Shown here: in pieces, positions 18,641 to 27,605 of the stretch
Numbering within the stretch: position 1 is the first letter of the stretch
Layout of the letters: every line of letters starts with the position of its first letter
Origin: a virus
Lineage: Duplodnaviria; Heunggongvirae; Uroviricota; Caudoviricetes
Reading direction: 5' to 3' (one strand)
IMG/VR virus record: IMGVR_UViG_3300033153_012477
Location: 119,437-183,436 of that record
Length of the DNA: 64,000 nucleotides
Notes under the pieces: model-generated
Database searches by the model: none
What the model was told of the DNA's origin: nothing
The model's input: the letters and a program-made list of their open reading frames with translations, nothing else
Program-made: the position numbers and the translations under genes

Positions 18641-19798
18641 TTAAAAGACCCTCACTATATAGAAGGTTCCTAAGTATTTTGGTCTATTTTCTGTTGCTGA
18701 CGCTGCTCCAGAAGTCACAGCGTTGTTTGTTACACTTGCTGCAACAGTTGAAGATGCCCAAGCGACAGACGCTGTGTCAGATGTTCCTGAAACTAATGTT
18801 TTATAAGTTCTGATGGCTGTACCTGCCCCAACTGAGGTTACCACCGCCAAGTGTGATTCTGTAAATGATCCAATACTATTAGATATCTCCATAGATATAT
18901 TATTTGTGTAAGGCATAATATGAGCACCCAAACTTCCTGCTCCGTGACTGTGTGCCGTTTGATCTGTATTTAACTCAGTCTTATTAAAACTTGCAGAAAC
19001 ATTAGACGTGACACTGTGAGTGTGGCTAGAATCATTAGATCCACCAGCTCCACCTGCTAAAATACTTCCCATTAAAAATCTATCATCAGTTAAATTAGGC
19101 AAGTGTCTACCTGCTGCATTCCAAATCAAAGATCCTGTTATTCCAGGAGTTGATCCGTCTGCCACATAATATCCTCTAGTGTTAAGATATGAGTTTGCAC
19201 CAGCTACTGTGTTTAAAGGTAAAAAATCTGCATTAACAAAAGTTCCATTAACTCCGTCTAAATAATACCCTGGATTCCAAGCTACTACCGATCCAACGGG
19301 GACACTTCCCAAAACATCTGCATAATTAGGAGAAAAGGCACCATCTGCATAGGTATCATCTCCTAAAACAAATTGAACTAAACCGTTACCCGCTCTTCTC
19401 ATTTTCACATTAAAAGATTGGTTAGGGCTGTCTCCTAAAACTATACATTTTGCTTGCACCAAAGCGTGGTTATTAGATCGACTTCCTTCCACTTCTGCAT
19501 CATCGGCAAGAACAAAACCTAGCTCTCCATTTCCACCTCGGTGTAATTTAACATTATTAGTTAAAGTAGAGTTGGTTCCTATGGAGGCGTTTTTAACATT
19601 AATTTGAGCTTTATTAACTGATCTTACGCCCTCAGCAGTAGTATCATCACCTCTGACAACTTCAAGTTCCCCTGAAGCTCCCCGATGTAGCATTGGGTTA
19701 ACATTAGGATTTCCATCAGTACCTATAGTAACATTCTGGACGCTGACATTATCTACATCCATTTCTTTAGTATTTAATTGCGGCGTTGATTGAGCCAT
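18641..19798 (-). CDS. short tail fibre: three KLHRG repeats plus tail-collar domain
   Basis: Three repeats (19310-19705), then VPVGSVVAW..GYYVADGS..LPNLTDDRFLMGS..AGGAGGSN..SHTHS..ENRPKYLGTFYIVRVF, the tail-collar signature. Confidence 0.75.
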   Translation of the reverse strand: MAQSTPQLNTKEMDVDNVSVQNVTIGTDGNPNVNPMLHRGASGELEVVRGDDTTAEGVRSVNKAQINVKNASIGTNSTLTNNVKLHRGGNGELGFVLADDAEVEGSRSNNHALVQAKCIVLGDSPNQSFNVKMRRAGNGLVQFVLGDDTYADGAFSPNYADVLGSVPVGSVVAWNPGYYLDGVNGTFVNADFLPLNTVAGANSYLNTRGYYVADGSTPGITGSLIWNAAGRHLPNLTDDRFLMGSILAGGAGGSNDSSHTHSVTSNVSASFNKTELNTDQTAHSHGAGSLGAHIMPYTNNISMEISNSIGSFTESHLAVVTSVGAGTAIRTYKTLVSGTSDTASVAWASSTVAASVTNNAVTSGAASATENRPKYLGTFYIVRVF

Positions 19799-19813
19799 GT
19801 ATTTCTCCCAAAC

Positions 19814-22800
19814 TTATGAAATAGTGATTTCTGAATTTCCATCCACATCAGTTATTTTAGTTGTTATCGTTCCATCTAATGCTTTTGATCTTCCGAACAC
19901 TGTTGCTATATTTCCTGTAGTAACAACTAAAGCAGAATCCATTGCTTTTCCTGAAGCATCTTGTTTAATTAAAGCATTTTTAACAATCCCATCAGCATTA
20001 AGAGTCAATCCGCTAATCACGTCTTCTTGTGAAAGCAGTCTGATATTCTCAACCTCATAATCATCTCCTGAAAACTTAACTAAAGAACTTAAACTTCCTG
20101 TCGTCGAGCTGATGTATGTTCCAGGTAGCATGCTAAAGGATATTCCTTGAGCTGTTATTTCTTGTTCCGAAGTAATAACTATACTTTCAGTAACAAGAAC
20201 AGTTAGGTTAGAACCCATACTGTTAATTGTTGTTGCAAAACTTGTATCTGCTGAAGTTAAAATTAAATCAGGAGACATAACCTTAGAGCTATCTCCTGTG
20301 ATAGAAACAGTTCCTCGCTCGTCTTTACTTGCTTCAAAAGCTCCTGCACTAACCTTACTAACATTAAAATGAATTCTCATCTTAAAGGTAGAACTTAAGT
20401 TAATTGGGATAGAAGCAAAAGAAGTCCAATCAAAAGTTACTTCCGTATCTGCGATACCTCCTGTATTTTTATCAACATACTGTAAGCCATCTTCAACAAA
20501 GTAAATTGGAGTTCCAGAAAGATCTACAAACTCTAATGAGATGTTTTGAGGTCGGGTGGACATAGGATGTGTTACTGTTGACGGAGGTGTTGTAGAATAC
20601 CAATCAGTAGCGTAGTCTGTTTTAGGACTAGCAAAACCACCCTCACTTGTATAAGCATACTTAATAGCTTCAACTAAGAAGTAATCACCAGAATCCCAAG
20701 TAATAAAAGGATGGCTGGAGTTATCTGGTACGTTATAAAGTACCACGTCATTAGTGCGGTATTGTTCTAAATCCGAACTAAATAAGTTTAAAAATTTATC
20801 AGCACTATTATCCCAATACTTGAAAGTTACCAAGTCAGGAGTTTGTCCAAAGTTGTGAGCTAAGGTTACTCCATTCGCCGAAGCATACTGTCTGTCTGAT
20901 TTTTTCCAAATATTAGGAATACCATTCATCCAAGTAGTGTGCTCTCTTATTGAATAACCTTCGTGAGTATCCTTATCGACCACAAGAGTTCCATCTACCC
21001 AGTACTGTCCAATAGTCACATACTTTGGATTAGATAAAGCAGTGTAAGGAGGTATCTGAGACATAACAATATAATCAGCATGTGCTGCTTGTGTTACCTC
21101 TCCAGCATCTTGATCTGTGTCGACGCTGATATACCAAGTACCTGACGCACTCATATCATAGGTTACATTTAACTCTTCATTAGTGTGGTAATATTTATTA
21201 TTAAAATTAACTTTCTTCCCAACAGTAGATCTGATGGAGAAAGATGTAGCATCAAAGTATAGTGGGACAAAGTCCCCAGAGCTTCCTGCAGCTCCTGCTC
21301 CTGCAACGGAGTATGGGATAAACTTAGAGTAGTCTATTGTTGTTAAATCAGACTCAACAAAGTATTCTCCAATCGCTACAAAGTCAGGGTCAAAAGAAGG
21401 TCCTGCTGGATCTTCTAATGTAAATTTAATGTGGCTTGTAGAAAGTTGACCTGGTCCTGCTGAATCAGCAGTGTCTACTATGATGTACCAAATACCTGAA
21501 GCACTTTTGTCAAAAGATTCTACTATATTAGTTTCACTGTAAAAATAGTTTGAAAGAAGTTTAACCTTTCTTCCGAAGGTGTGGTTAACTACAAAAGTAT
21601 CGTTATCAAGGTAACTCGGTACAAAATCACCTTGCAATGTATACATGTCTCTGTCAGATACGGACATGAAAGAAGAAAGAGCCATTCCCGACGCAGCTAC
21701 TTCGCATTTAGCTAAAGGAGCATAGTGTTGTGGAAAAGCTATCTCATTAGGATTAAGTTGAGTTTCTACTAAGTGTGACGTGGTTATCTCTTCCCCATCG
21801 CCAGAAGTATCTAAGCAGATAAACCAAGTTCCTACAGCTCCTGTAGATCCTGGGTCAAAAGCTTTAACTAGATCGTTGTTCTCATTTAGATAAAAATATT
21901 TATGATTAGCTCGTACTAATCTTCCTCTTGAACTTTGTAATCTGTAAGAAACACTAGATTCATAACTTGCTGTTAAGTCTCCTACAAAAGTATCAATTGA
22001 TCTTGGAGAAAAAGTTCCTAAGTTTTGTTGAGAAACACTGCCACTGACTACTTCATAATATCCAATAACTACTAAGTTCTGTGGGAAAGAAGGAGAGTTA
22101 GGTTCTAAGTCTGACTCTACTATATAGTCATCTTTGTTGGTGATATTAATAATGCCTGGAGCTTTATCTGTATCAATGCAGATATACCAAAGCTTATCCG
22201 TTCCTAAGTTATATGTGAAATCAAGATCACCGTCTATTGAGTAGAATTGCTCATTAAATCGAGTTGATCTTCCTTGAGTATCTTGTAGTCTATATTCTGA
22301 TGAAGACTTATAAATAGGAACAAAATCATTTGCTCCTGCTCCGCCCGATCCTCCGCCCGATCCTTTAAATACAACTATATCTGTGGCGGTTATAGAAACA
22401 AAAGTTCCCCAATTAGGTGATGCTGATCCAGCACCTGCTAACAACTGCACTAAGCATATAGCTGTGCCTGTAAAAGTTGGGTATGTTGCGGTCCCTAGAA
22501 CGGGATCGGGGTTACCCCAAACCAATCCAATTTCACCATTTGATGTTGCTTCAAACCCTAACCAAATATAATCACCTGTGGCAAGGGAGGGGCAAGTTAA
22601 AGAAACTCCTGTAGCAAAGTCTCCTGTATCATCGCCATTTACTAAATCTATTGTAGATTCTACTAATTTTTTGTACTGTCCATTTATTGGAGCAGTTGCG
22701 TATTTGAAACTATCCTCGGTCCCACCCCATTCAGAACCGTCAGATTTGAAAGTCTGAAGTTCAGATTCATGAACGGTTAAAACTGTTCCTTCTAATGATA

Positions 22801-22936
22801 TTCTAAATGGGAAATTTGTCTTGGAATTTAAAACATCCAAAAGGTTATCAAGGGACTCTCGATTACCAGTCTCAAGAACTTCCAAAGAATTTTCATTAAC
22901 TATTTCCCAAGTTTGTGGTCTAGTTGTATCGCTCAT
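19814..22936 (-). CDS. multi-domain tail fibre/adhesin with four ~115-aa repeats
   Basis: 1040 aa; Gly linkers; 4x DFVP.Y...G....WYI.(V/I)DT....IG.Y.V; then two T(L/V)xH modules and a beta-helix-like C-terminus. Confidence 0.7.
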   Translation of the reverse strand: MSDTTRPQTWEIVNENSLEVLETGNRESLDNLLDVLNSKTNFPFRISLEGTVLTVHESELQTFKSDGSEWGGTEDSFKYATAPINGQYKKLVESTIDLVNGDDTGDFATGVSLTCPSLATGDYIWLGFEATSNGEIGLVWGNPDPVLGTATYPTFTGTAICLVQLLAGAGSASPNWGTFVSITATDIVVFKGSGGGSGGAGANDFVPIYKSSSEYRLQDTQGRSTRFNEQFYSIDGDLDFTYNLGTDKLWYICIDTDKAPGIINITNKDDYIVESDLEPNSPSFPQNLVVIGYYEVVSGSVSQQNLGTFSPRSIDTFVGDLTASYESSVSYRLQSSRGRLVRANHKYFYLNENNDLVKAFDPGSTGAVGTWFICLDTSGDGEEITTSHLVETQLNPNEIAFPQHYAPLAKCEVAASGMALSSFMSVSDRDMYTLQGDFVPSYLDNDTFVVNHTFGRKVKLLSNYFYSETNIVESFDKSASGIWYIIVDTADSAGPGQLSTSHIKFTLEDPAGPSFDPDFVAIGEYFVESDLTTIDYSKFIPYSVAGAGAAGSSGDFVPLYFDATSFSIRSTVGKKVNFNNKYYHTNEELNVTYDMSASGTWYISVDTDQDAGEVTQAAHADYIVMSQIPPYTALSNPKYVTIGQYWVDGTLVVDKDTHEGYSIREHTTWMNGIPNIWKKSDRQYASANGVTLAHNFGQTPDLVTFKYWDNSADKFLNLFSSDLEQYRTNDVVLYNVPDNSSHPFITWDSGDYFLVEAIKYAYTSEGGFASPKTDYATDWYSTTPPSTVTHPMSTRPQNISLEFVDLSGTPIYFVEDGLQYVDKNTGGIADTEVTFDWTSFASIPINLSSTFKMRIHFNVSKVSAGAFEASKDERGTVSITGDSSKVMSPDLILTSADTSFATTINSMGSNLTVLVTESIVITSEQEITAQGISFSMLPGTYISSTTGSLSSLVKFSGDDYEVENIRLLSQEDVISGLTLNADGIVKNALIKQDASGKAMDSALVVTTGNIATVFGRSKALDGTITTKITDVDGNSEITIS

Positions 22937-22970
22937 ATCTTCTTATCCTATCCTTAATTGACAGTTGCTC

Positions 22971-25655
22971 TTATACTTTTCTAACTTTTATCTTTGCACC
23001 TTTCTTTACTGTATAGCCAAAACTAACTAAATTTGGAGCTACTTTAGCGTAGTCCTCATTTTCATAAGTTTGCCTTCCATTTATTTTAATGTCTAAAAAG
23101 TCAGTACTCAAAAATGTAAAGTTACTTAATGTAAAATCGGAGTCTCCTGCCACACTTAAGTTAAAAGTTTCTTCATGGGTATAAGGGGTATCTCTATATT
23201 GCCAAAACTTACTCTTGTAAGCTTTAAAACTACTTCTTATAATGTCACTCGAACCGTTAACACCATATTCTCCTAGAGGAACATATCTTCTTCTATCTAC
23301 CTGAGAAGGTGTTGATAGCATGGTTGTGAAACTTCCAGCAGATACTGAACCTGTAGCACTTAAAAGATCCATATACATGTAGTAAGTAGAACCCGTAGCT
23401 GCTGTTGTTGCAGTGATCAGAATATTACTGACTGATTCTACATAACTATTGTTAAACCAACCCTCTCCCTTCTGAACAAGAAAGTCTTGAGTGTTTCTGT
23501 AAACTGGTTTGAAAGCAGTGTTATCTAAACTACCCAGACTTAACCAGTTTCTTTTATCATCTATGTGATCCTGAGAAATAAACTTAACCGTTCCCGCTGT
23601 TGCCGAACCATCATCTTGGAAAATCACCATAGACAGTGGAAGCTCGTTATCAGGAATTTCTGGATCTTCAACAGAAGAAGAAGCACTTTGCTCCAAACTT
23701 TCGTACATCTTAACTGATCCAGTTTCATCTAGAGTGAAAAAGGCTTTGTTAAAATAGTCAGCAGTGAGTGGAGATGTTTGATATACTCCAGAACCTAAGT
23801 TTATAGTCTCGCCAGAATACTCATAGTATTCTGTATCATTAATAAAATATCTTCCAGGGTAAATATCAAAAGATTTATCCGTAGGATTCTGAGCAACACT
23901 AGCTAAAAAGCTAAGTTTATCAGGATTAAATTTGTCAGCTTCAGTTGCTTCTTCAATTAAACCACTTGGTCTTTTTACTAAAAAATTAGTATCAAAAGGT
24001 GGTGGTGGATTATTCTTAATGAAGAGTCCTCCAGCATCTACAAAAAGAAGATCTGAAGAAATAGCTGTACCTATTCTTTGTACAAAGGTTCCCTGTAATG
24101 TTGGAGGGGTTTGTGTGATTTGCCCTACAGCAATGTCAATATAAACAGGAAGACCTATAAAGGTGAAATTCCAAGAAGTGTTCCTGATTTCTCCAAAAGT
24201 AATTATGTTATCTCTTTGACCTAAAGGCATATCCTGTCCAGCAATACCTATCACTGGAAGTTTAGTTGGGTTAGGATATAAGTCTACCGCAGACGCTCTC
24301 AACACATGTTGATCGCTTCCAGGTAAAATGGTCACTGCTGAAAAAGCAGGGATATTAGTTTCTGCTGAGATATATTGGTGTGTTATGGTTGGAAAACCAG
24401 TTTCCCCATCACCACCGCTGCCTGCATACTTGTTTTTCCAAGCAAATGGTACAAATTTTCTTCTATCAAGAATAGAATGAACAACACCACCTATAGTGTA
24501 AACTTCAGCAAGAAGAGCATGATAATCTAAAGGCTCTTGTTGCCTACACTCAAAGTGTCCTGCTTTGTTTATAAAAACAAAGTTAATAGTGTTGTCAAGA
24601 AGTTGACCAAAAACTGGAGGAGTGCCTGTAACTGGCGGGTGAGCACTAAAATCTAAATGCTCTGTTCCTTCCTCAATAAAATGCTCAACGTCACCAACTA
24701 ACAATCTACCGCTATTAACTTTGACAGATTGTGAAGTAACCTGCTCGATACCACAGCCTTCTACAACAAAGTTATAAGCAGTCTTATCTCTAACGTCTAG
24801 GACCATACTCTCTGTTACGGAAGCATCCCCCATAATCCTGTTCAGATTAGCAATATTGAAAAAGTTCCTTCTGTTTGCTATCCAACTTTTTGAGCTGTTG
24901 CTATCATAAAAAGTAAGTTTAGCTACAGTGTTATAAGGAGGAGTATCATTTAAAGCTTCATTTACAACCAAAGTTTTTTTATTAAGGAGTGGTGAACTAG
25001 AGTTGGTTGTAAAAGGACCAGGATTCTGGGGGTCGCTTGTGGTGAAGATTACCCCCGCTGGAAAGTTATGTAACAGCCAATCAGGGAAAACATTTCCACT
25101 TAAAGAATCAAGTGAAATAGTTTTATTAGCATTGTTATATGTGATTGTTTCGGTTATTGGATCAGCATTTATGTCAAAGGATATGCCAGGATCAGTTGTA
25201 TTGGGATCAGCAGCGTTTTCTCTAACTTTGATTTCTAAGATAATTCTTTCTTGAACAGTTGTTTCAAATCCAAGATTACTATCAACTATGCTCGGGTCAT
25301 CTGCCCCGTCCACTTCGTCTATATACCACTCTGCGTAGATAACATCTAATCTGTTAGCTACTGGAGTGGAGAGAGTGTTAATTCTAACATCCTCAGTTAA
25401 TTCAATAGGATAGCCTTTATGATAGAAAATACCTTTCTTGATGAATATTTCATTATTCAGTGCAGAAGGATAAATCGTAAAACCCTCACCAACATAATTA
25501 TCACCCAAACCATAATTAGAAATGTCTATAGATTTCTCATTGAGAATATCTTGGACTAGGTTGAGTTCATAATTTAGGAGAGGTTTTTTCTCTTGGAAAA
25601 CAATTTTGCTTTGTTTTTTACTTCTATCAAACGTGTCTCTTGATATATCTGCCAT
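22971..25655 (-). CDS. tail fibre proximal subunit with DUF6519-like N-terminal anchor, paralogue 3
   Basis: MADISRDTFDRSKKQSKIVFQEKKPLLNYELNLVQDIL; RLDVIYAEWY; GFETT; internal cement/head-fibre-like module (VIGIA...G.I...WNF..G.PVYI...GQITQTPP...VQRIGTA); first gene of the leftward operon. Confidence 0.7.
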   Translation of the reverse strand: MADISRDTFDRSKKQSKIVFQEKKPLLNYELNLVQDILNEKSIDISNYGLGDNYVGEGFTIYPSALNNEIFIKKGIFYHKGYPIELTEDVRINTLSTPVANRLDVIYAEWYIDEVDGADDPSIVDSNLGFETTVQERIILEIKVRENAADPNTTDPGISFDINADPITETITYNNANKTISLDSLSGNVFPDWLLHNFPAGVIFTTSDPQNPGPFTTNSSSPLLNKKTLVVNEALNDTPPYNTVAKLTFYDSNSSKSWIANRRNFFNIANLNRIMGDASVTESMVLDVRDKTAYNFVVEGCGIEQVTSQSVKVNSGRLLVGDVEHFIEEGTEHLDFSAHPPVTGTPPVFGQLLDNTINFVFINKAGHFECRQQEPLDYHALLAEVYTIGGVVHSILDRRKFVPFAWKNKYAGSGGDGETGFPTITHQYISAETNIPAFSAVTILPGSDQHVLRASAVDLYPNPTKLPVIGIAGQDMPLGQRDNIITFGEIRNTSWNFTFIGLPVYIDIAVGQITQTPPTLQGTFVQRIGTAISSDLLFVDAGGLFIKNNPPPPFDTNFLVKRPSGLIEEATEADKFNPDKLSFLASVAQNPTDKSFDIYPGRYFINDTEYYEYSGETINLGSGVYQTSPLTADYFNKAFFTLDETGSVKMYESLEQSASSSVEDPEIPDNELPLSMVIFQDDGSATAGTVKFISQDHIDDKRNWLSLGSLDNTAFKPVYRNTQDFLVQKGEGWFNNSYVESVSNILITATTAATGSTYYMYMDLLSATGSVSAGSFTTMLSTPSQVDRRRYVPLGEYGVNGSSDIIRSSFKAYKSKFWQYRDTPYTHEETFNLSVAGDSDFTLSNFTFLSTDFLDIKINGRQTYENEDYAKVAPNLVSFGYTVKKGAKIKVRKV

Positions 25656-25799
25656 TTACAAATCCCCATGATCTTTAATATCTTGATTTTCAAGATATGA
25701 GATATATTAATTGAATATCTGTCGCTAGGTTCACCACAACCTAAAAATAGATGGATATTAATGAATTAGGATATCCTGCTGATTATTAAGCAAATTTAT

Positions 25800-25827
25800 T
25801 TGAAATTAGGTTTTATTTTGGTATAAT
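25800..25827 (+). promoter_or_regulatory. sigma-70-type promoter with extended -10
   Basis: TTGAAA (25800-25805), 16 nt, TATAAT (25822-25827) preceded by TG-N; drives the exonuclease/HD/ligase operon. Confidence 0.65.
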
Positions 25828-25834
25828 TTGACAT

Positions 25835-26041
25835 ATGAAAATAGACTTATGTAAGCTATATAGATGTGAAACACACCCAAAATATAATGGGAGAAAAAAG
25901 CCTAAGAACGGTTGTGTGGGGTGCCTTAACTTTTATCTTTCTTTGCATAAAAGTCCTAGAGCACCTATTAGACCTACAGAGATTATAAAGGATAAGTCAA
26001 AATACACAAGGAAGAGAAAACATAAAACCAAGGAAGAGTAA
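25835..26041 (+). CDS. small basic Cys/His hypothetical protein
   Basis: C..HPKY.G.KKP...C..C pattern; 68 aa; coupled to the next gene. Confidence 0.6.
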   Translation: MKIDLCKLYRCETHPKYNGRKKPKNGCVGCLNFYLSLHKSPRAPIRPTEIIKDKSKYTRKRKHKTKEE

Positions 26042-26643
26042 TGAAATACATTAGCATTGACCTAGAGACTACGGGATTAGATCCTGTAAATAACAATATA
26101 ATTGAATTTGGGGCAGTTTTAGATAATCTTAAAGAAATGAAACCTCTGTCTGAACTTCCTAGATTCCATGCTTATATATGTATGGATGAATATAAAGGAC
26201 AACCCTATGCTTTATCGATGCATCCCACAATTTTCAGAAGAATTGCTAAAAAAGAAGAAGGTTATAATTATTTATACCCCAACACCTTAGGTAAAGCTTT
26301 TCTAAACTTTCTACTAGAACATGGATATGAGCTAGAAGTGAGAAAAGGAAAAAAAATCCCAAGAACTGTTGTAAACGTGGCAGGGAAAAATTTTGGGACT
26401 TTCGATCTTCCTTTTTTAAATCACCAGACTAACTTTTCAAGCAGTGTGAAAATAAGAAGCCGTATTCTAGACCCTGGTATTTTATGCTTAGAGTCAGAGG
26501 ACGAGGTAATCCCAGGACTAATGGAGTGCTTGAAAAGAGTTGGGGTAGAGAAAGAAATAGCTCACACCACTATAGAGGACTCTCTAGACGTGATTGAAGT
26601 GATTAGAGCCAAGCTAGGTCATATATTTAGCAAAGAATCATGA
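26041..26643 (+). CDS. DEDDh 3'-5' exonuclease (DnaQ/oligoribonuclease-like)
   Basis: ExoI SIDLETTGLD, ExoII AGKNFGTFDLPFL, ExoIII AHTTIEDSLD. Confidence 0.88.
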   Translation: MKYISIDLETTGLDPVNNNIIEFGAVLDNLKEMKPLSELPRFHAYICMDEYKGQPYALSMHPTIFRRIAKKEEGYNYLYPNTLGKAFLNFLLEHGYELEVRKGKKIPRTVVNVAGKNFGTFDLPFLNHQTNFSSSVKIRSRILDPGILCLESEDEVIPGLMECLKRVGVEKEIAHTTIEDSLDVIEVIRAKLGHIFSKES

Positions 26644-26993
26644 GAAAAGAACAAAAACAACTTACGGGAAGAAGCCTTTTAGAAAAGGTTCAAGATGAAA
26701 CATACTGGCGGAAAAAATCCACATCAGATAGAATAGAAAGAGCTAAAAAAGCCGAAGAAGATTCTGATAGAAAAAATAGATTAAAAAACCATATGTGTAA
26801 ATATTGCTATTATTTGCGAGGGGAAGTCATAGCAGGAGCAGCATTTACATCGACAAGCTGCACAATTTGTGCTAAAGATATGATGTTTAGTTCAACTCAC
26901 ACGGATGGAATCTGTACAGACTGTGCAAAAAAACATAAGCTGTGTATAGAATGCTTATCAGATATAGACTTTAAGACAAGAAGGAAAATATGA
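26640..26993 (+). CDS. Cys-rich zinc-binding hypothetical protein
   Basis: CKYC, CTIC, CTDC, CIEC pairs; ATGA overlaps on both sides. Confidence 0.7.
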   Translation: MRKEQKQLTGRSLLEKVQDETYWRKKSTSDRIERAKKAEEDSDRKNRLKNHMCKYCYYLRGEVIAGAAFTSTSCTICAKDMMFSSTHTDGICTDCAKKHKLCIECLSDIDFKTRRKI

Positions 26994-27604
26994 ATACAAA
27001 AGAAGGTATCCTTTCAATTTTAAATTCCATCGAAAGACCAGGAAAAGAAAAGATTATTGAATATTTAGAAGGTTCTACTTTTTTCACAGATCCTGCAAGT
27101 TGTTCAGAGCATAATCCCTATGAGGGAGGACTTGCTGATCACAGCTTAAATGTTTATCAAATACTAGATAAGCATAGCTCACTCTACCCCGAACTAGCTA
27201 AGGTAAAAGACAGTATAAAAATTATTGGTTTACTGCATGACGTTTGTCATATTGGAACTTTTCAAAAAGTTTCTAAAAATTCAACAGTACGTGGTAAAGA
27301 TGGTAAAAATAAACTAAAAGAAAATGGAAAACTTCTTTTTGTAGAAAAAGAAGGTTATGATCCTCTTCCAGAAGCTCAGTTACCTTACCCTCGTGGAACA
27401 CTTTCTACTATGATGATTAGACAACGTATGCATTTAAGCAAGCTAGAAGATCTAGCAATTCAATGGCATGCTGGAGTATATGACCAACCTCAACATCTTT
27501 GGGGTACTTTGAAACGTGCTCAAAAAACACATAAGCTCATTTTTATGCTCTTTGCTGCTAAAAGAGAAGCTGTCTTATATAATGACTATAAAGTAGAGGA
27601 ATAA
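26990..27604 (+). CDS. HD-domain phosphohydrolase (YhaM-like)
   Basis: FFTDPAS..HNPYEGGLADHSLNVY, LLHDVCHIG, AIQWHAG. Confidence 0.85.
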   Translation: MNTKEGILSILNSIERPGKEKIIEYLEGSTFFTDPASCSEHNPYEGGLADHSLNVYQILDKHSSLYPELAKVKDSIKIIGLLHDVCHIGTFQKVSKNSTVRGKDGKNKLKENGKLLFVEKEGYDPLPEAQLPYPRGTLSTMMIRQRMHLSKLEDLAIQWHAGVYDQPQHLWGTLKRAQKTHKLIFMLFAAKREAVLYNDYKVEE

Positions 27605-27605
27605 C

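Noticed and set aside
13935-25655. Diversity-generating retroelement or invertible tail-fibre cassette
   Set aside because: There is no reverse transcriptase or recombinase and no near-identical TR/VR pair differing at adenines; the fibre repeats are diverged at DNA level.
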